From Bacteroidales bacterium (GTDB lineage: Bacteria; Bacteroidota; Bacteroidia; Bacteroidales; TTA-H9): a stretch of DNA of 64,000 nt. Positions 48,678-58,838 of this stretch are shown here, piece after piece (within the stretch, counting starts at the first letter, position 1; the number at the start of each line of letters is the position of its first letter). Below the pieces are notes generated by a model that saw only the letters and a program-made list of their open reading frames with translations, was not told where the DNA came from and searched no databases. The stretch is taken from NCBI GenBank assembly GCA_035411425.1, contig DAONSX010000001.1, positions 1,678 through 65,677 of the forward strand. The letters run 5' to 3'. Made by a program: the position numbers and the translations under genes.

Positions 48678-50053
48678 TAGTTTTTAACTTTAACATAAAG
48701 CTGAGCATTTTCGTAACGCACCACCTCCACTTCCTGTCCCTTCGAGATATATCCATTTATAGCAACAGCATCGAATACTTCTTCTTCGATCATGATTTTA
48801 CCTGCAGGTCGAAGTATGGTAAGTGCAAAACCGGTTTTCCCAACCATGCTGGAATAATCCTCATTGGCAATGGTATATCCGAGTTCTTTGTCCTGAGTAG
48901 TATCGAGGGCCAGACTTCCCAGGAAAGGGACAGGATGACTGAAGAGGCGCTTACTGCCATAGAATGAAGAGATCAACGAAATAAAAATGGCTATGATTAC
49001 CGTAAAGAATGCCTTAAGAATATCCTGAACGATTTGGCCGGCAGGTATGGCATTGAAATTTCCCACGAGGCTGAGTGTAAGACCGGCTACCACGAGAATA
49101 ATCCCGCTAATTCCCGTCACTCCGAAGCCGGGAATGGCAAATATCTCGATAGCAATCAAGATAAGACCGATAATGAAAAGCAAGATTTCCCAATGTGCTG
49201 CCAATCCTTCCAGGTATAATGGAGCAAAATACAAAATAGCACCGAGTATGGCGATTGCCAATGGAAAGCCAATGCCCGGGGTCTGGAGTTCGAAATAGAT
49301 TCCTCCAATTATCAGCATGATTAAAAGAGCCGAAACGATGGGATGTATCAAGAAATTGATGATTTTATCCACTCCGCTCAACTTTTGGGTGATGATAACA
49401 GCATCGTCCCATCCATATTTTTTCAGTATTTGTTGAATATTTTCAGTTTCTCCTTCGCAAAAACCGTATTGGATGGCTTCCGAGGTGGTAAAGGTAATGA
49501 CGGTTGTGGAGTCGTCTATGCCGGGGACGACGATACGTGTATCCACCATAGCCTGTGCAATTTGAGGATCGCGTCCCTTGGCTTCGGCTGTTGAACGCAT
49601 CATCGAACGCATGTAGGACTGATATTTGTCGGGTAAAGCTCCGCCAGACTGGTCAACTACCGTAGCAGCTCCAATATTGGCTCCTGGTCTCATATATATT
49701 GAATCGCAGGCAATGCTGATGAGTGCACCAGCCGAAGCAGCATTATTATCTATGAAAACCCAAACGGGCAATGGAGATGTCAAAATTATGGTACGTATGC
49801 TGTCGGCTGCATCCAGTGTGCCTCCGTAAGTATTCATGTGAATAATAATCAGATCTACTCCTTTTTCTCTGGCTTCTCCAAATCCCTTCTGTACTTTTCG
49901 CCGCATGGGAGGAGCAATCTCTTCCTTCATTTCAATAACATAGACTTTCCCTACCTTCTCGGGTAAGGTTTTTTTCTTGACTGTATATGTCTGCTCAGCC
50001 AATAAAAATAAACCCATGCCCAAAAATGTCATGATCAAAAATAAATGTTTCAT
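48677..50053 (-). CDS. NfeD family membrane-bound ClpP-class serine protease
   Basis: Signal/TM MKHLFLIMTFLGMGLFLLA, ClpP-like domain (NTYGGTLDAADSI..AASAGALI), several TM helices and a C-terminal OB-like NfeD domain. ATG 50053 is preferred over the track's extended start at 50266. Confidence 0.78.
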   Translation of the reverse strand: MKHLFLIMTFLGMGLFLLAEQTYTVKKKTLPEKVGKVYVIEMKEEIAPPMRRKVQKGFGEAREKGVDLIIIHMNTYGGTLDAADSIRTIILTSPLPVWVFIDNNAASAGALISIACDSIYMRPGANIGAATVVDQSGGALPDKYQSYMRSMMRSTAEAKGRDPQIAQAMVDTRIVVPGIDDSTTVITFTTSEAIQYGFCEGETENIQQILKKYGWDDAVIITQKLSGVDKIINFLIHPIVSALLIMLIIGGIYFELQTPGIGFPLAIAILGAILYFAPLYLEGLAAHWEILLFIIGLILIAIEIFAIPGFGVTGISGIILVVAGLTLSLVGNFNAIPAGQIVQDILKAFFTVIIAIFISLISSFYGSKRLFSHPVPFLGSLALDTTQDKELGYTIANEDYSSMVGKTGFALTILRPAGKIMIEEEVFDAVAINGYISKGQEVEVVRYENAQLYVKVKN

Positions 50054-50106
50054 TTTCGATGATACGGATTTCACCACGAAATTAGTTATATTTTTTAGAA
50101 AAGCCA

Positions 50107-50898
50107 TCAAGGGAAAAACATCTGAATTTGATTCAAAAGCTGTTGATGGAGGATTCCGTTCGAGCTCAGGATCTGGCGTCCGAATACATGATGAGGTTTT
50201 CCTTCGAAATCGGAACATTTTCCTCCGGCTCTTTCCACAATGAAGGAACCTGCCGCAACGTCCCACTCGTTCAAGCCATATTCATAAAATCCATCGAAAC
50301 GTCCACAGGCAACCCAGGCAAGGTCGAGCGCAGCCGAGCCCAAGCGCCTGAGACCCCGTGTGTTCTTCATAAAATGTTTAAAAAGTGCTAAATACTGATC
50401 CAGTAAATCATAGTCGTAATAAGGAAATCCTGTGGCTAATAAAATTTCTTTAACATTCGAACGACGTGAAACTTGTACAGGTTTACCATTGCAAAGGGCA
50501 GGTCCATCTTTCCATGCTAAGAAACTCTCTCCCGAAAAAATTTCGAGCACTTCGCCTACCACAATCTCGCTATTTTGCATCAAAGCAATGCTCACCGAAC
50601 AGATGGGAACTCCATGAATGAAATTGGTAGTTCCATCCAAGGGATCAATAATCCAATTAAACTCCTTGCCTCTTAGGTTTTGGGTATTTTCCTCGGCTAT
50701 AAATCCTGCATTGTTAATCAAAGGCTTTAAATGATCGATGATCAAGCTTTCGGAACCTTTATCGATATAAGTAACATAGTTATGTAAACCTTTGGTTTCG
50801 ACGTCCGATTCAGATAATGATTTTCTTTGCTCCAAGATGTATCGGGCGGCTTCTTTGGCAATACTTTCTACCTCGAAGGCAATTTCCTTAAAATTCAT
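50107..50898 (-). CDS. Inositol monophosphatase family protein (SuhB-like)
   Basis: IDPLDGTTNF and WDVAAG motifs. 263 aa from ATG 50898, which overlaps the lgt stop (ATGA). The track ORF extends artificially to 51225. Confidence 0.85.
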   Translation of the reverse strand: MNFKEIAFEVESIAKEAARYILEQRKSLSESDVETKGLHNYVTYIDKGSESLIIDHLKPLINNAGFIAEENTQNLRGKEFNWIIDPLDGTTNFIHGVPICSVSIALMQNSEIVVGEVLEIFSGESFLAWKDGPALCNGKPVQVSRRSNVKEILLATGFPYYDYDLLDQYLALFKHFMKNTRGLRRLGSAALDLAWVACGRFDGFYEYGLNEWDVAAGSFIVERAGGKCSDFEGKPHHVFGRQILSSNGILHQQLLNQIQMFFP

Positions 50899-52064
50899 AT
50901 TCGTTGGGTTTGTAAATGTTTGTATTTGCGATAGAAAACAATGGAGAACACAACACCAGTGATGAAAATGGCTATGGCAATGATTTGAGCTTGACTCAAT
51001 TCGATCGGGCCTATGATATGATAATTGCGGTTGACACGAATTTCTTCGATGAAAAATCTCTCGAAAGCATTCAAGATTAAATAGATTCCGAACAGTAAGC
51101 CGGGAATTCTGAGTTTTTTCCTTATTCCCCATAAAACAAGAAAGAACAAGGTGCAAATGATGGTTTCGTATAAAGGAGTAGGGAAAACGGGCTGTTGAAG
51201 CACGAAGCAATGCTGACCTTCGCAACCTGGGATTGGAATCCCTTCATTAATAACATTATGAGGATAATTAAACGCCCATAACCAATTGGGTAGAAATGAA
51301 AGCCAATGGGGTTTGGGACTAGTATTGGGAATTCCCCAGCAACCGTCGCCCGACAGTTGGCATCCAATTCGGCCAACGGCATAGGCCAGTATTAAAGCTG
51401 GTGCTGTTGCATCTGCAATATGTTCGAATGCAATTCCATATTTTCTGGCATAAAATACCACGGCTATCGCAGCCAGAATCAAACCACCATAGAAAGTAAG
51501 ACCACTAAATGAAAATAAAGTACCTAAAGGATCACGGACTAACTCATCCAGATGCTCCATCACATCGAATAACTTGGCTCCTATGATACCGAACACCACA
51601 GCTACAAATAATATATTGACGGTTAATTGATGAGGATGAATTTCTACGAATTTGGTCTTAGGTTTGGGCAGCTTTTTCTTTTCTTTGGAATGCCAGATGT
51701 AATAAGCAGAAAATCCGCCCGCAAGTAATCCTCCCAACCAGCTTCCTTTCCATGAGAGAATGAATTCTTGAGGATGATCGGCAAAAAAATTATAATCCAG
51801 AATAATGCCTATGATCTTGAAGCCAAGTATGAATGTAATGAAACCAGACAAAGCAATTTCGATAGGAGTGGCTGGTAAGCCCTCGATGATCTTTTTAGTA
51901 TGAGGTTTTAAAATCCCCTCCCTTTCTTTCCGCTTCAATTCGCTGTTGAGGATGAGCCCGCCTACTACAAAGGCAATTGCCATCATCATCCCATACGACT
52001 GAATTGGCAAATTAATATGAGTTCCGAAAATATCGTTGATTAGATCACTGATTTTAGGATACAT
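50895..52064 (-). CDS. lgt: Prolipoprotein diacylglyceryl transferase
   Basis: YGMMMAIAFVVG and GRIGCQLSGDG (Lgt signature GR.gNf.N.E-like) motifs; polytopic membrane protein of 389 aa. Confidence 0.85.
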   Translation of the reverse strand: MYPKISDLINDIFGTHINLPIQSYGMMMAIAFVVGGLILNSELKRKEREGILKPHTKKIIEGLPATPIEIALSGFITFILGFKIIGIILDYNFFADHPQEFILSWKGSWLGGLLAGGFSAYYIWHSKEKKKLPKPKTKFVEIHPHQLTVNILFVAVVFGIIGAKLFDVMEHLDELVRDPLGTLFSFSGLTFYGGLILAAIAVVFYARKYGIAFEHIADATAPALILAYAVGRIGCQLSGDGCWGIPNTSPKPHWLSFLPNWLWAFNYPHNVINEGIPIPGCEGQHCFVLQQPVFPTPLYETIICTLFFLVLWGIRKKLRIPGLLFGIYLILNAFERFFIEEIRVNRNYHIIGPIELSQAQIIAIAIFITGVVFSIVFYRKYKHLQTQRI

Positions 52065-52090
52065 ATATGAAAAATGAATTGAAGGATGAT

Positions 52091-53398
52091 TTATCGAGGA
52101 TAGTAGGCATAATTTCCTGTAACATTTCTTTGTTCGAGTGGTAAATGAATGATTTGATTTACAAAATCTTCTCTGAAAGGGGTTTCTACGCGAATATAAT
52201 TTTCGGAATAACCCGACATCATGCCATCAGTGTTTTCCGATTCGAACAACACGTTTACCCACTGATGTTGGCATAGTTTATAGAATTGGTCGAGTTTTGC
52301 TGCTGAGTACTGGTGAAGCATCTGACTCCTTTGGTGTTTTATTTGGGGTGAAACCTTGCCATCGAGGCTTGCAGCAGGTGTGTTGGAGCGTTCGCTGTAA
52401 GTAAAAACATGCATATACGAAAGAGGAAGACTTTGAATAAACTGACGGGTTTCCTCGAAAAGCTCGTCGGTTTCGCCATGGAAGCCTACAATTATATCGC
52501 AGGCAATACATGCATAAGGCATTAACTGTTTAATGTATTTAACCCGACTCTCAAAGACTTTGGTCGTGTATTTTCTCTTCATTCTTTTTAGTATTGTATC
52601 CGAGCCGGATTGCAAAGGAATATGGAAATGTGGCATTAAAACCCGTGATTCAGCTATTAATCGAATGATATCATCGCTCAATAACTCTGGCTCGATGGAC
52701 GAAAGGCGAACTCTCTTTACAATTCTTCCCTTATCGAAAAGTTGCAGCAAATCATATAATGATTCTCCATTTTTTCTACCAAAATCACCAATATTAACGC
52801 CCGTAAGAACGATTTCCTTTACTCCGTCTGCTGCGGCTTTTTGCGCCCATTGAAGAGCTTCTTGTACAGATGGACTGCGCGACTTACCTCGAGCATAAGG
52901 TATGGAACAATAGGAACAGAAATGGTCGCACCCATCTTGAATCTTCAGAAAGGAACGAGTCCTATCGCCCGAGGAATAAGCAGGATGAAACTCTTGCAAG
53001 TTTTTTGAAGGTTCTGAATCTAAAGATGTAACCGAAACCTCGAGGTTTGTTGAAAAATCACGGGAAATCAGTTCGGTAATCCGAAATTTTTCCTGATTTC
53101 CCAAAACCCACTGCACTCCGCTGATCGCTTTCAATTTTTTTGCCTCGAGCTCGGAGTAACATCCAATCACAGCTATAAAAGCCTTTGGATTTCGCCGGTG
53201 AGCCTGATATATGGCTGCACGGCTTTTCTTTTCAGCCACCGATGTAACACTGCAGGAATGTATGATATAGATATCGGCTTCTTTATCGAAATCAGTAATT
53301 TGATAACCAAGTTCTCGAAATTTGCGTATCAAAGTGGAGGTTTCTGCAAAATTCAATTTGCATCCCAATGTATGAAAAGCAACTATTATTGAATTCAT
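52091..53398 (-). CDS. mtaB: tRNA (t6A37) methylthiotransferase MtaB (radical SAM)
   Basis: UPF0004 N-terminal domain (FHTLGCKLN), radical SAM motif CDHFCSYCSIPYARG, and a TRAM-like C-terminus. Confidence 0.85.
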   Translation of the reverse strand: MNSIIVAFHTLGCKLNFAETSTLIRKFRELGYQITDFDKEADIYIIHSCSVTSVAEKKSRAAIYQAHRRNPKAFIAVIGCYSELEAKKLKAISGVQWVLGNQEKFRITELISRDFSTNLEVSVTSLDSEPSKNLQEFHPAYSSGDRTRSFLKIQDGCDHFCSYCSIPYARGKSRSPSVQEALQWAQKAAADGVKEIVLTGVNIGDFGRKNGESLYDLLQLFDKGRIVKRVRLSSIEPELLSDDIIRLIAESRVLMPHFHIPLQSGSDTILKRMKRKYTTKVFESRVKYIKQLMPYACIACDIIVGFHGETDELFEETRQFIQSLPLSYMHVFTYSERSNTPAASLDGKVSPQIKHQRSQMLHQYSAAKLDQFYKLCQHQWVNVLFESENTDGMMSGYSENYIRVETPFREDFVNQIIHLPLEQRNVTGNYAYYPR

Positions 53399-53442
53399 GC
53401 GGCAAAATTAATATATTCCTTTCTATCGATTCTTCTTTATTT

Positions 53443-54348
53443 TCACTGAGCTTTTCTCCCTTTTTTCTCTATATCAGGTACATATTGCTGCATGATGATA
53501 CCTACTACGACCAAAATCAAGCCTGTGATGGTACTTAACATGATCCTTTCCTTCAATATAAAATTGATATAGAACAATGAAAGAAATGGAGAAAGGAAAA
53601 CCAGATTGCTGATATGAGCTGTTGTTTTTGAATATTTTAAAGCTTTTAGCCAAAAGATGAAAGTGAGTCCCATTTCGAAAATTCCTACATAAATAGCTCC
53701 AGCCAATCCCTTAATAGGAGGGAAAGTCAAGCTATGTTTGATAGCCGAATAAATGATAATGAGAATTGTACCACTTAAAAAACCAATAAAAAGTTTTTCG
53801 ACCTCATCGCCAGCTATCTTCATATTTAGAATCCAATATATTGCCCATATAAAAGGACAGGTAAGAGCTAGTACAACCCCTAAAGGATTACTGAATTGCA
53901 TAAGCCAAGGTTTTCCATGGGTGCTGATGATGACAATTCCTATAAAACTGATGAAAACTGAAATTATGCTCATCCAGCTTATTTTTTGACCAAGCATGGG
54001 AATGGAAAGCAAAACCAGAACTACAGGCCAGAAATAATTTAAGGTTCCGGCTTCTTGAGCTGGCAGTAACTCATAAGCTTTTAATAGAATTAAATAATAA
54101 AGGAAAGGGTTTAATATCCCATTGAATGCTAATCGCAACAGTTCTTTGTGTGGCCTATCAAATACATTCCTGAGTCTTTTGTTGATGATTAAATAAATGG
54201 TGAAAAAGAGGGTAGAAGTAAGACTGGCATAAAGGAGTAATTCTACAAAACTAACATATCTCAGAGTAATCTTGAAAGCCGTGGCAATAGTTGACCAGGC
54301 AAGGATAGCCAATCCGGCAAAAAGATATGCTTTATTCTGGCTTTTCAT
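53443..54348 (-). CDS. EamA/DMT family transporter
   Basis: 301 aa with ten predicted TM segments arranged as two EamA-like halves. Confidence 0.78.
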   Translation of the reverse strand: MKSQNKAYLFAGLAILAWSTIATAFKITLRYVSFVELLLYASLTSTLFFTIYLIINKRLRNVFDRPHKELLRLAFNGILNPFLYYLILLKAYELLPAQEAGTLNYFWPVVLVLLSIPMLGQKISWMSIISVFISFIGIVIISTHGKPWLMQFSNPLGVVLALTCPFIWAIYWILNMKIAGDEVEKLFIGFLSGTILIIIYSAIKHSLTFPPIKGLAGAIYVGIFEMGLTFIFWLKALKYSKTTAHISNLVFLSPFLSLFYINFILKERIMLSTITGLILVVVGIIMQQYVPDIEKKGRKAQ

Positions 54349-54358
54349 CTGGCAAAGT

Positions 54359-55342
54359 TTAGAAAATACCTTCTAAAACTTCATCGAGCGAGGCGCGATT
54401 AAAATAACGTTCTATTTCGTACTCTTTTAGCTTTTGTTTAACATCACTATATTCATGCGGGAGTCCTTTCAAAGCCGATTCTATTTCGGATATCTCGTCA
54501 GAACTGAAAAAGTCGCCAAAAATTTTAACCGATGTTATAATTCCTTTTTCAACCATAAGGTCGAATTCTACAAATCCCCCAGAAGTTTTTACAATTTTTC
54601 GAAAGTTGTATTCGGGTGAGTTCCCAAAATTCCATTCCCATGTTTCGTATTTGCTATTTTGTAAATTTGTAATGTAGGTAATATCTTCAGGTTTGAATTC
54701 ATAAATCTTGCTTTCGGGATACATTTGGGAAATATGCGTGAAAATTAAATCACGAAACTGGATTATATCTATGGTTTTTTTTAAATATTCACTAACATTG
54801 GCAACCCGACTGCAGGTAGATTTTACCGCCTTGTCCTGAAATTTAACAGGATCGACCTTTAAGGCTGAAGAAAGATTGGGCAAATGTGCTGAATACAATA
54901 TGGTGCCATGATGTAAAAACCGGTTTTTATAAACGCATTCTGCATTTCCTGAAATTTTCTTTCCATCGATTACGATATCATTCCGGCCTTCAAAACGAGC
55001 ATCGACTCCTAAATTAACCAGAACATCCACTATGGGCTGAGTGTATTTTTTGAAATTCATCACCGGCTTGCTATTGGGTGAATTCGAAATGAAGGTAAAA
55101 TTTAAATTGCCCAAGTCGTGAAATACTGCTCCTCCACCCGTGATACGCCTTACAACCTTTATATGATTTTCTTTTACGTATTCGATATTGATCTCTGCCA
55201 GAGCGTTTTGATGTTTTCCAATAATAATAGAAGGCTCATTCCTCCAAAGCATAAAAACATCTTCCTCGTAGTTTTTCAGAAGATATTCTTCGCTTGCTAA
55301 ATTGAAATAAGGGTTAGTATTTTGATTGTTAATGCAAAACAT
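54359..55342 (-). CDS. lplA: Lipoate--protein ligase
   Basis: NPYFNLASEEYLL, RRITGGGAVFHDLGN and KISGNA motifs; 327 aa. Confidence 0.88.
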   Translation of the reverse strand: MFCINNQNTNPYFNLASEEYLLKNYEEDVFMLWRNEPSIIIGKHQNALAEINIEYVKENHIKVVRRITGGGAVFHDLGNLNFTFISNSPNSKPVMNFKKYTQPIVDVLVNLGVDARFEGRNDIVIDGKKISGNAECVYKNRFLHHGTILYSAHLPNLSSALKVDPVKFQDKAVKSTCSRVANVSEYLKKTIDIIQFRDLIFTHISQMYPESKIYEFKPEDITYITNLQNSKYETWEWNFGNSPEYNFRKIVKTSGGFVEFDLMVEKGIITSVKIFGDFFSSDEISEIESALKGLPHEYSDVKQKLKEYEIERYFNRASLDEVLEGIF

Positions 55343-55483
55343 AATTATTTAGATTAATTTTTAATAAGCAGCGAAATTAATAAAACTTCGAAATATTTGA
55401 GTCTAAGTCAAAAAACTCGTAAATACAAGAAGTAATTGAATGAGACCTTGATAAAACTTTGACATTCTCCGATTTTATTTGGA

Positions 55484-55491
55484 TAATTTTG
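55484..55491 (+). promoter_or_regulatory. Candidate -7 box TAATTTTG
   Basis: TAnnTTTG match 45 nt upstream of the ATG at 55536. Confidence 0.4.
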
Positions 55492-55535
55492 TGCTCGATA
55501 TTATCATTTTAAGAAATGCTTCAAAATTTTGAATT

Positions 55536-56729
55536 ATGTCGAAGTCGCTGAGTGAAATTCTGTTCGAAGAAGGAGAAGAACGTGAAAGGTATTACAATGC
55601 CGTAAGCCCTCCATTGATACAAACTTCCAACTTTGTTTTTTCGACGGTAGAGCAAATGCGTCGTGCATTGAGTGATGAATATACACATTCGGTATATAGC
55701 AGAGGAAATAATCCAACTTTAGCCATTTTACGTAATAAACTGGCCAAACTTGAGGGCGCCGAAGATGCGCTGGTTTTTTCGAGTGGCTGCGGTGCCATAG
55801 CTGCAGCTTTGTTTAGCCAGTTACGCCATGGCGATCATCTGGTTTGCATTCGAAAACCCTATAACTGGGTAGCGCATTTTTGCAGGATAATTTTGCCGAA
55901 ATATGGCATTCAGACTACTTTCGTTGAGGAAGGCAGTGCGCGAGCTTATGAAGCTGCCTGCCAGCCCAATACCAAATTATTTTATCTTGAGTCGCCCAAT
56001 ACTTTTACGTTCGAGATAACCGATATCAGAGCCGTAGCCGAAATAGCCAAATCGAAAGGCATTGTGACAGTCATCGACAATAGTTATTCTACTCCTCTTT
56101 ATCAGTCGCCTTTATCCTTAGGGATTGACCTTGTATTGCATTCGGCATCGAAATATCTTGCGGGTCATAGTGATGTAATAGCTGGAGTTTTAGCGGGTAG
56201 CAAGGAAATGATTGGCAAAATTTATAATTCGGAATATCTGGCCTTTGGTGCAGTGTTACCTCCATTCGAGGCTTGGTTGATGCTCAGGGGCTTACGAACC
56301 CTCGAGATTCGCCTTCAGCGAAGCAGTTCCAATGCTAAAGCACTTATCGAGGCCATCGAAAACCATCCTCGCATAAAAAGGATTCTTTATCCTTTTCATT
56401 CGCAACATCCTAAAAACGAAATCGCTCGAAGCCAGATGAAAGATTGCAGCGGTTTGTTTTCGATCGAATTGGAGGCAGATACTCCCGATGAAGTAATTTT
56501 GTTTTGCAATAGTTTAAAGCATTTTTTGAAAGCGGTTTCGTGGGGAGGATTCGAATCTTTGGTCGATCCTGCTATCACCGTTTATAATTTTGACCATCCT
56601 GAATTAAATGAGCTCTCCTGGCGTACTGTGCGCTTTTATTGCGGATTGGAATCACCTGAAATATTAATAGATGATGTATTACAGGCCTTGAATATTCTTG
56701 ATAATGGAGCAACAAACAGGCAAAAGTAG
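55536..56729 (+). CDS. Cys/Met-metabolism PLP-dependent enzyme (cystathionine beta-lyase / gamma-synthase family)
   Basis: YSRGNNPT and HSASKYLAGHSD (PLP lysine) motifs; 397 aa. Confidence 0.85.
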   Translation: MSKSLSEILFEEGEERERYYNAVSPPLIQTSNFVFSTVEQMRRALSDEYTHSVYSRGNNPTLAILRNKLAKLEGAEDALVFSSGCGAIAAALFSQLRHGDHLVCIRKPYNWVAHFCRIILPKYGIQTTFVEEGSARAYEAACQPNTKLFYLESPNTFTFEITDIRAVAEIAKSKGIVTVIDNSYSTPLYQSPLSLGIDLVLHSASKYLAGHSDVIAGVLAGSKEMIGKIYNSEYLAFGAVLPPFEAWLMLRGLRTLEIRLQRSSSNAKALIEAIENHPRIKRILYPFHSQHPKNEIARSQMKDCSGLFSIELEADTPDEVILFCNSLKHFLKAVSWGGFESLVDPAITVYNFDHPELNELSWRTVRFYCGLESPEILIDDVLQALNILDNGATNRQK

Positions 56730-56730
56730 A

Positions 56731-57099
56731 ATGGCAAGGCTGCTAAAAAGCTTCGAGTATGCAGGCCGAGGCCTCTTGGAGATGATAAGAAGTCAGATGA
56801 ATGCGCGAATTGAATTATTTATACTCACCGTTGTGATGATTGCAGGTTTTGTCTTCAAGATTCGGGTCAATGAATGGATAACGATAATACTCGTTTCAGG
56901 CTTGGTTTTAGCGGCCGAGGCATTCAATAGCGCTATAGAAAATCTGGCCAATGCGATATCGTTACGCCAGTTCGATTCCAAGATTAAAAAGATAAAAGAC
57001 CTTGCAGCCAGTGGGGTTTTAATTTCTGCTGTTTGTGCATTTGTTATAGGTTTGATTATTTTTATTCCTTATATTGTTCGGTTTTTTGTATCCTTATGA
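56731..57099 (+). CDS. dgkA: Diacylglycerol kinase
   Basis: 122 aa from ATG 56731. SFEYAGRGL, AEAFNSAIENLAN and DLAASGVL motifs; three TM helices. Confidence 0.85.
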   Translation: MARLLKSFEYAGRGLLEMIRSQMNARIELFILTVVMIAGFVFKIRVNEWITIILVSGLVLAAEAFNSAIENLANAISLRQFDSKIKKIKDLAASGVLISAVCAFVIGLIIFIPYIVRFFVSL

Positions 57100-57944
57100 T
57101 TTTAATCGTTGATAGTGGAGCTACGAAGGCCGAATGGCGTTTATTGCTCGAGAATGGGGATGTGCAAGCTGCAAATACCACGGGAATCAATCCTTATTTT
57201 ATTCGGTCGGAATCTATTGGTAATATTCTGATGAATGAATTGCCTGATAATTGGATTCATGAAAGTAAAATCGGGAAGATTTATTACTATGGTGCCGGAT
57301 GCGGGAGTGAGATACAAGAAAAAAGTATCGAAAAAGCTTTGAAAGCCATATTTCCGGAGGCGAATTTGTTCATTTCTTCCGACCTTTTAGGAGCGGCAAG
57401 AGCTTTGTGGCAGAGGGATTCTGGTTATACCGCTATTTTAGGTACGGGTTCCAATGCAGGATATTTTAATGGTCAGCAAATCGAGAAAGGGATAAAATCG
57501 TTGGGTTTTATCCTGGGTGATGAAGGCAGTGGCGCTGATTTGGGGAAACGCTTGCTCAAAAGATATTTAGAAGGAAAATTCAACCAAGATTTAGCAGAAA
57601 ATTTTTACCAGCAATTTCCCTTCGACCTTGCTGATTTTTTAGATGCCATCTATTCGAAACCTTTTCCTAATCGTTTCATGGCAGGGTTTGTTCCATTTAT
57701 GAAGGAAAACTCGAACGAAATAGAAATCCAGTTGATTGTGGAGGAAGCATTCGATGATTTTTTTGGATTGGTGCAAACGATAGCACAATCTTCTTTTCGA
57801 AAGTCGATACGATTCACCGGTTCGGTGGCCTGGGCTTTCGAGGAAATTTTACTCGGAGTTGCTGCGCAACATCATTTCGAGGTGTCATTGGTAGTAAAAA
57901 ACCCTATCGATCTTTTGGTAAAATTTCATCATGCTCAGCCATAA
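57096..57944 (+). CDS. BadF/BadG/BcrA/BcrD-type ATPase (N-acetylglucosamine kinase-like)
   Basis: ILIVDSGATKAEW, ILGTGSNAG and GFILGDEGSGADLG motifs. ATG 57096 overlaps the dgkA stop (ATGA). Confidence 0.75.
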   Translation: MILIVDSGATKAEWRLLLENGDVQAANTTGINPYFIRSESIGNILMNELPDNWIHESKIGKIYYYGAGCGSEIQEKSIEKALKAIFPEANLFISSDLLGAARALWQRDSGYTAILGTGSNAGYFNGQQIEKGIKSLGFILGDEGSGADLGKRLLKRYLEGKFNQDLAENFYQQFPFDLADFLDAIYSKPFPNRFMAGFVPFMKENSNEIEIQLIVEEAFDDFFGLVQTIAQSSFRKSIRFTGSVAWAFEEILLGVAAQHHFEVSLVVKNPIDLLVKFHHAQP

Positions 57945-57947
57945 ATA

Positions 57948-58539
57948 TCAGGCATTTCTTTTTAAAAGAGTAGAAAACCAATCTTTATGATATGATTTTA
58001 CATAGAGACGCCTCGATTGAATAAGATCTTCGATTTCGAGATGCATATTATGGTTTACTTGCAATGCCATGGGGAGAATAAACTTTTCGTAAAGATTCAG
58101 ATTGGTTTTAATTTTATTCAAGGAAATATTGTCGATATGAAGATCGGTAAGATTGCTGATTACGTCGGCACATTTCAATATTTTAGCTTTTTTGGAGCCC
58201 TGGTGGAGCAACCTTTCATAAAATTCTCTTTTTGATTCTGGAAAGTGTCGCGTTACTTCCTTAACAAGCCGTATCACTTCTTCCACGTCTTCGTCTTGAA
58301 TCTCGCGTATATTTTCTTCCCTTGCTTCATGAAAATCTTCAAGAAGATCGTGAAGTATGGCAGCTTTTAAAAGTACAGAATCGATGTAATGATAATCGAT
58401 GAGGATACTCATGGTAGCCATCGCATGCCTGAACTGATTCCCTCCAGTTTTACGGGCTGATGCTAATCAAGGCATAGGCTTTTTGAATATATGGGGCGAG
58501 CACAATAGATGCAAGCCTATTTTTCTCATCGTTATTCAT
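57948..58539 (-). pseudogene. HD-domain phosphohydrolase, apparently split by a 1-nt frameshift near 58453-58466
   Basis: The main ORF (57948-58421) carries the HD motif AAILHDLLED, and its frame stays open upstream to 58466 (..ASARKTGGNQFRHAMATM..) without a start codon. A 29-codon ORF (58539-58450, MNNDEKNRLASIVLAPYIQKAYALISISP*) in another frame supplies the likely N-terminus. Confidence 0.5.
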
Positions 58540-58838
58540 GAATTTTTTCTTTGTTTCTGATAGGAGAAAGTACTCTTCAATGTTCTGAAGATGAATGAAT
58601 AAAAAAAGATTTAAATAGATAAAATTTTTTATTTCTATAACTTATCTACAAAAAATCTGCCATATAATCGATTTGTTACATATGGTTTAGAATCAGCATT
58701 CGATATAGGGAAAGGGTCGTCGACGCAGATTGAGATAAATTCCGAAATCGAATCTGCGATTTTATCATCTTATCTTTTAAAAGGCGATCGAATCATTCCG
58801 CTTGGTTATTTCAAAGAGATGATAAAATATACTGGTAT

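Noticed and set aside
48677-51225. Long overlaps between the track ORFs 48677-50266, 50107-51225 and 50895-52064 as genuinely overlapping genes
   Set aside because: The overlaps come from N-terminal extension to upstream alternative start codons. Family-consistent starts (ATG 50053 with a signal peptide; ATG 50898 giving a 263-aa IMPase) remove them. The same holds for purA, clpX, radA, the RSH gene, panD, dgkA and the BadF-type ATPase.
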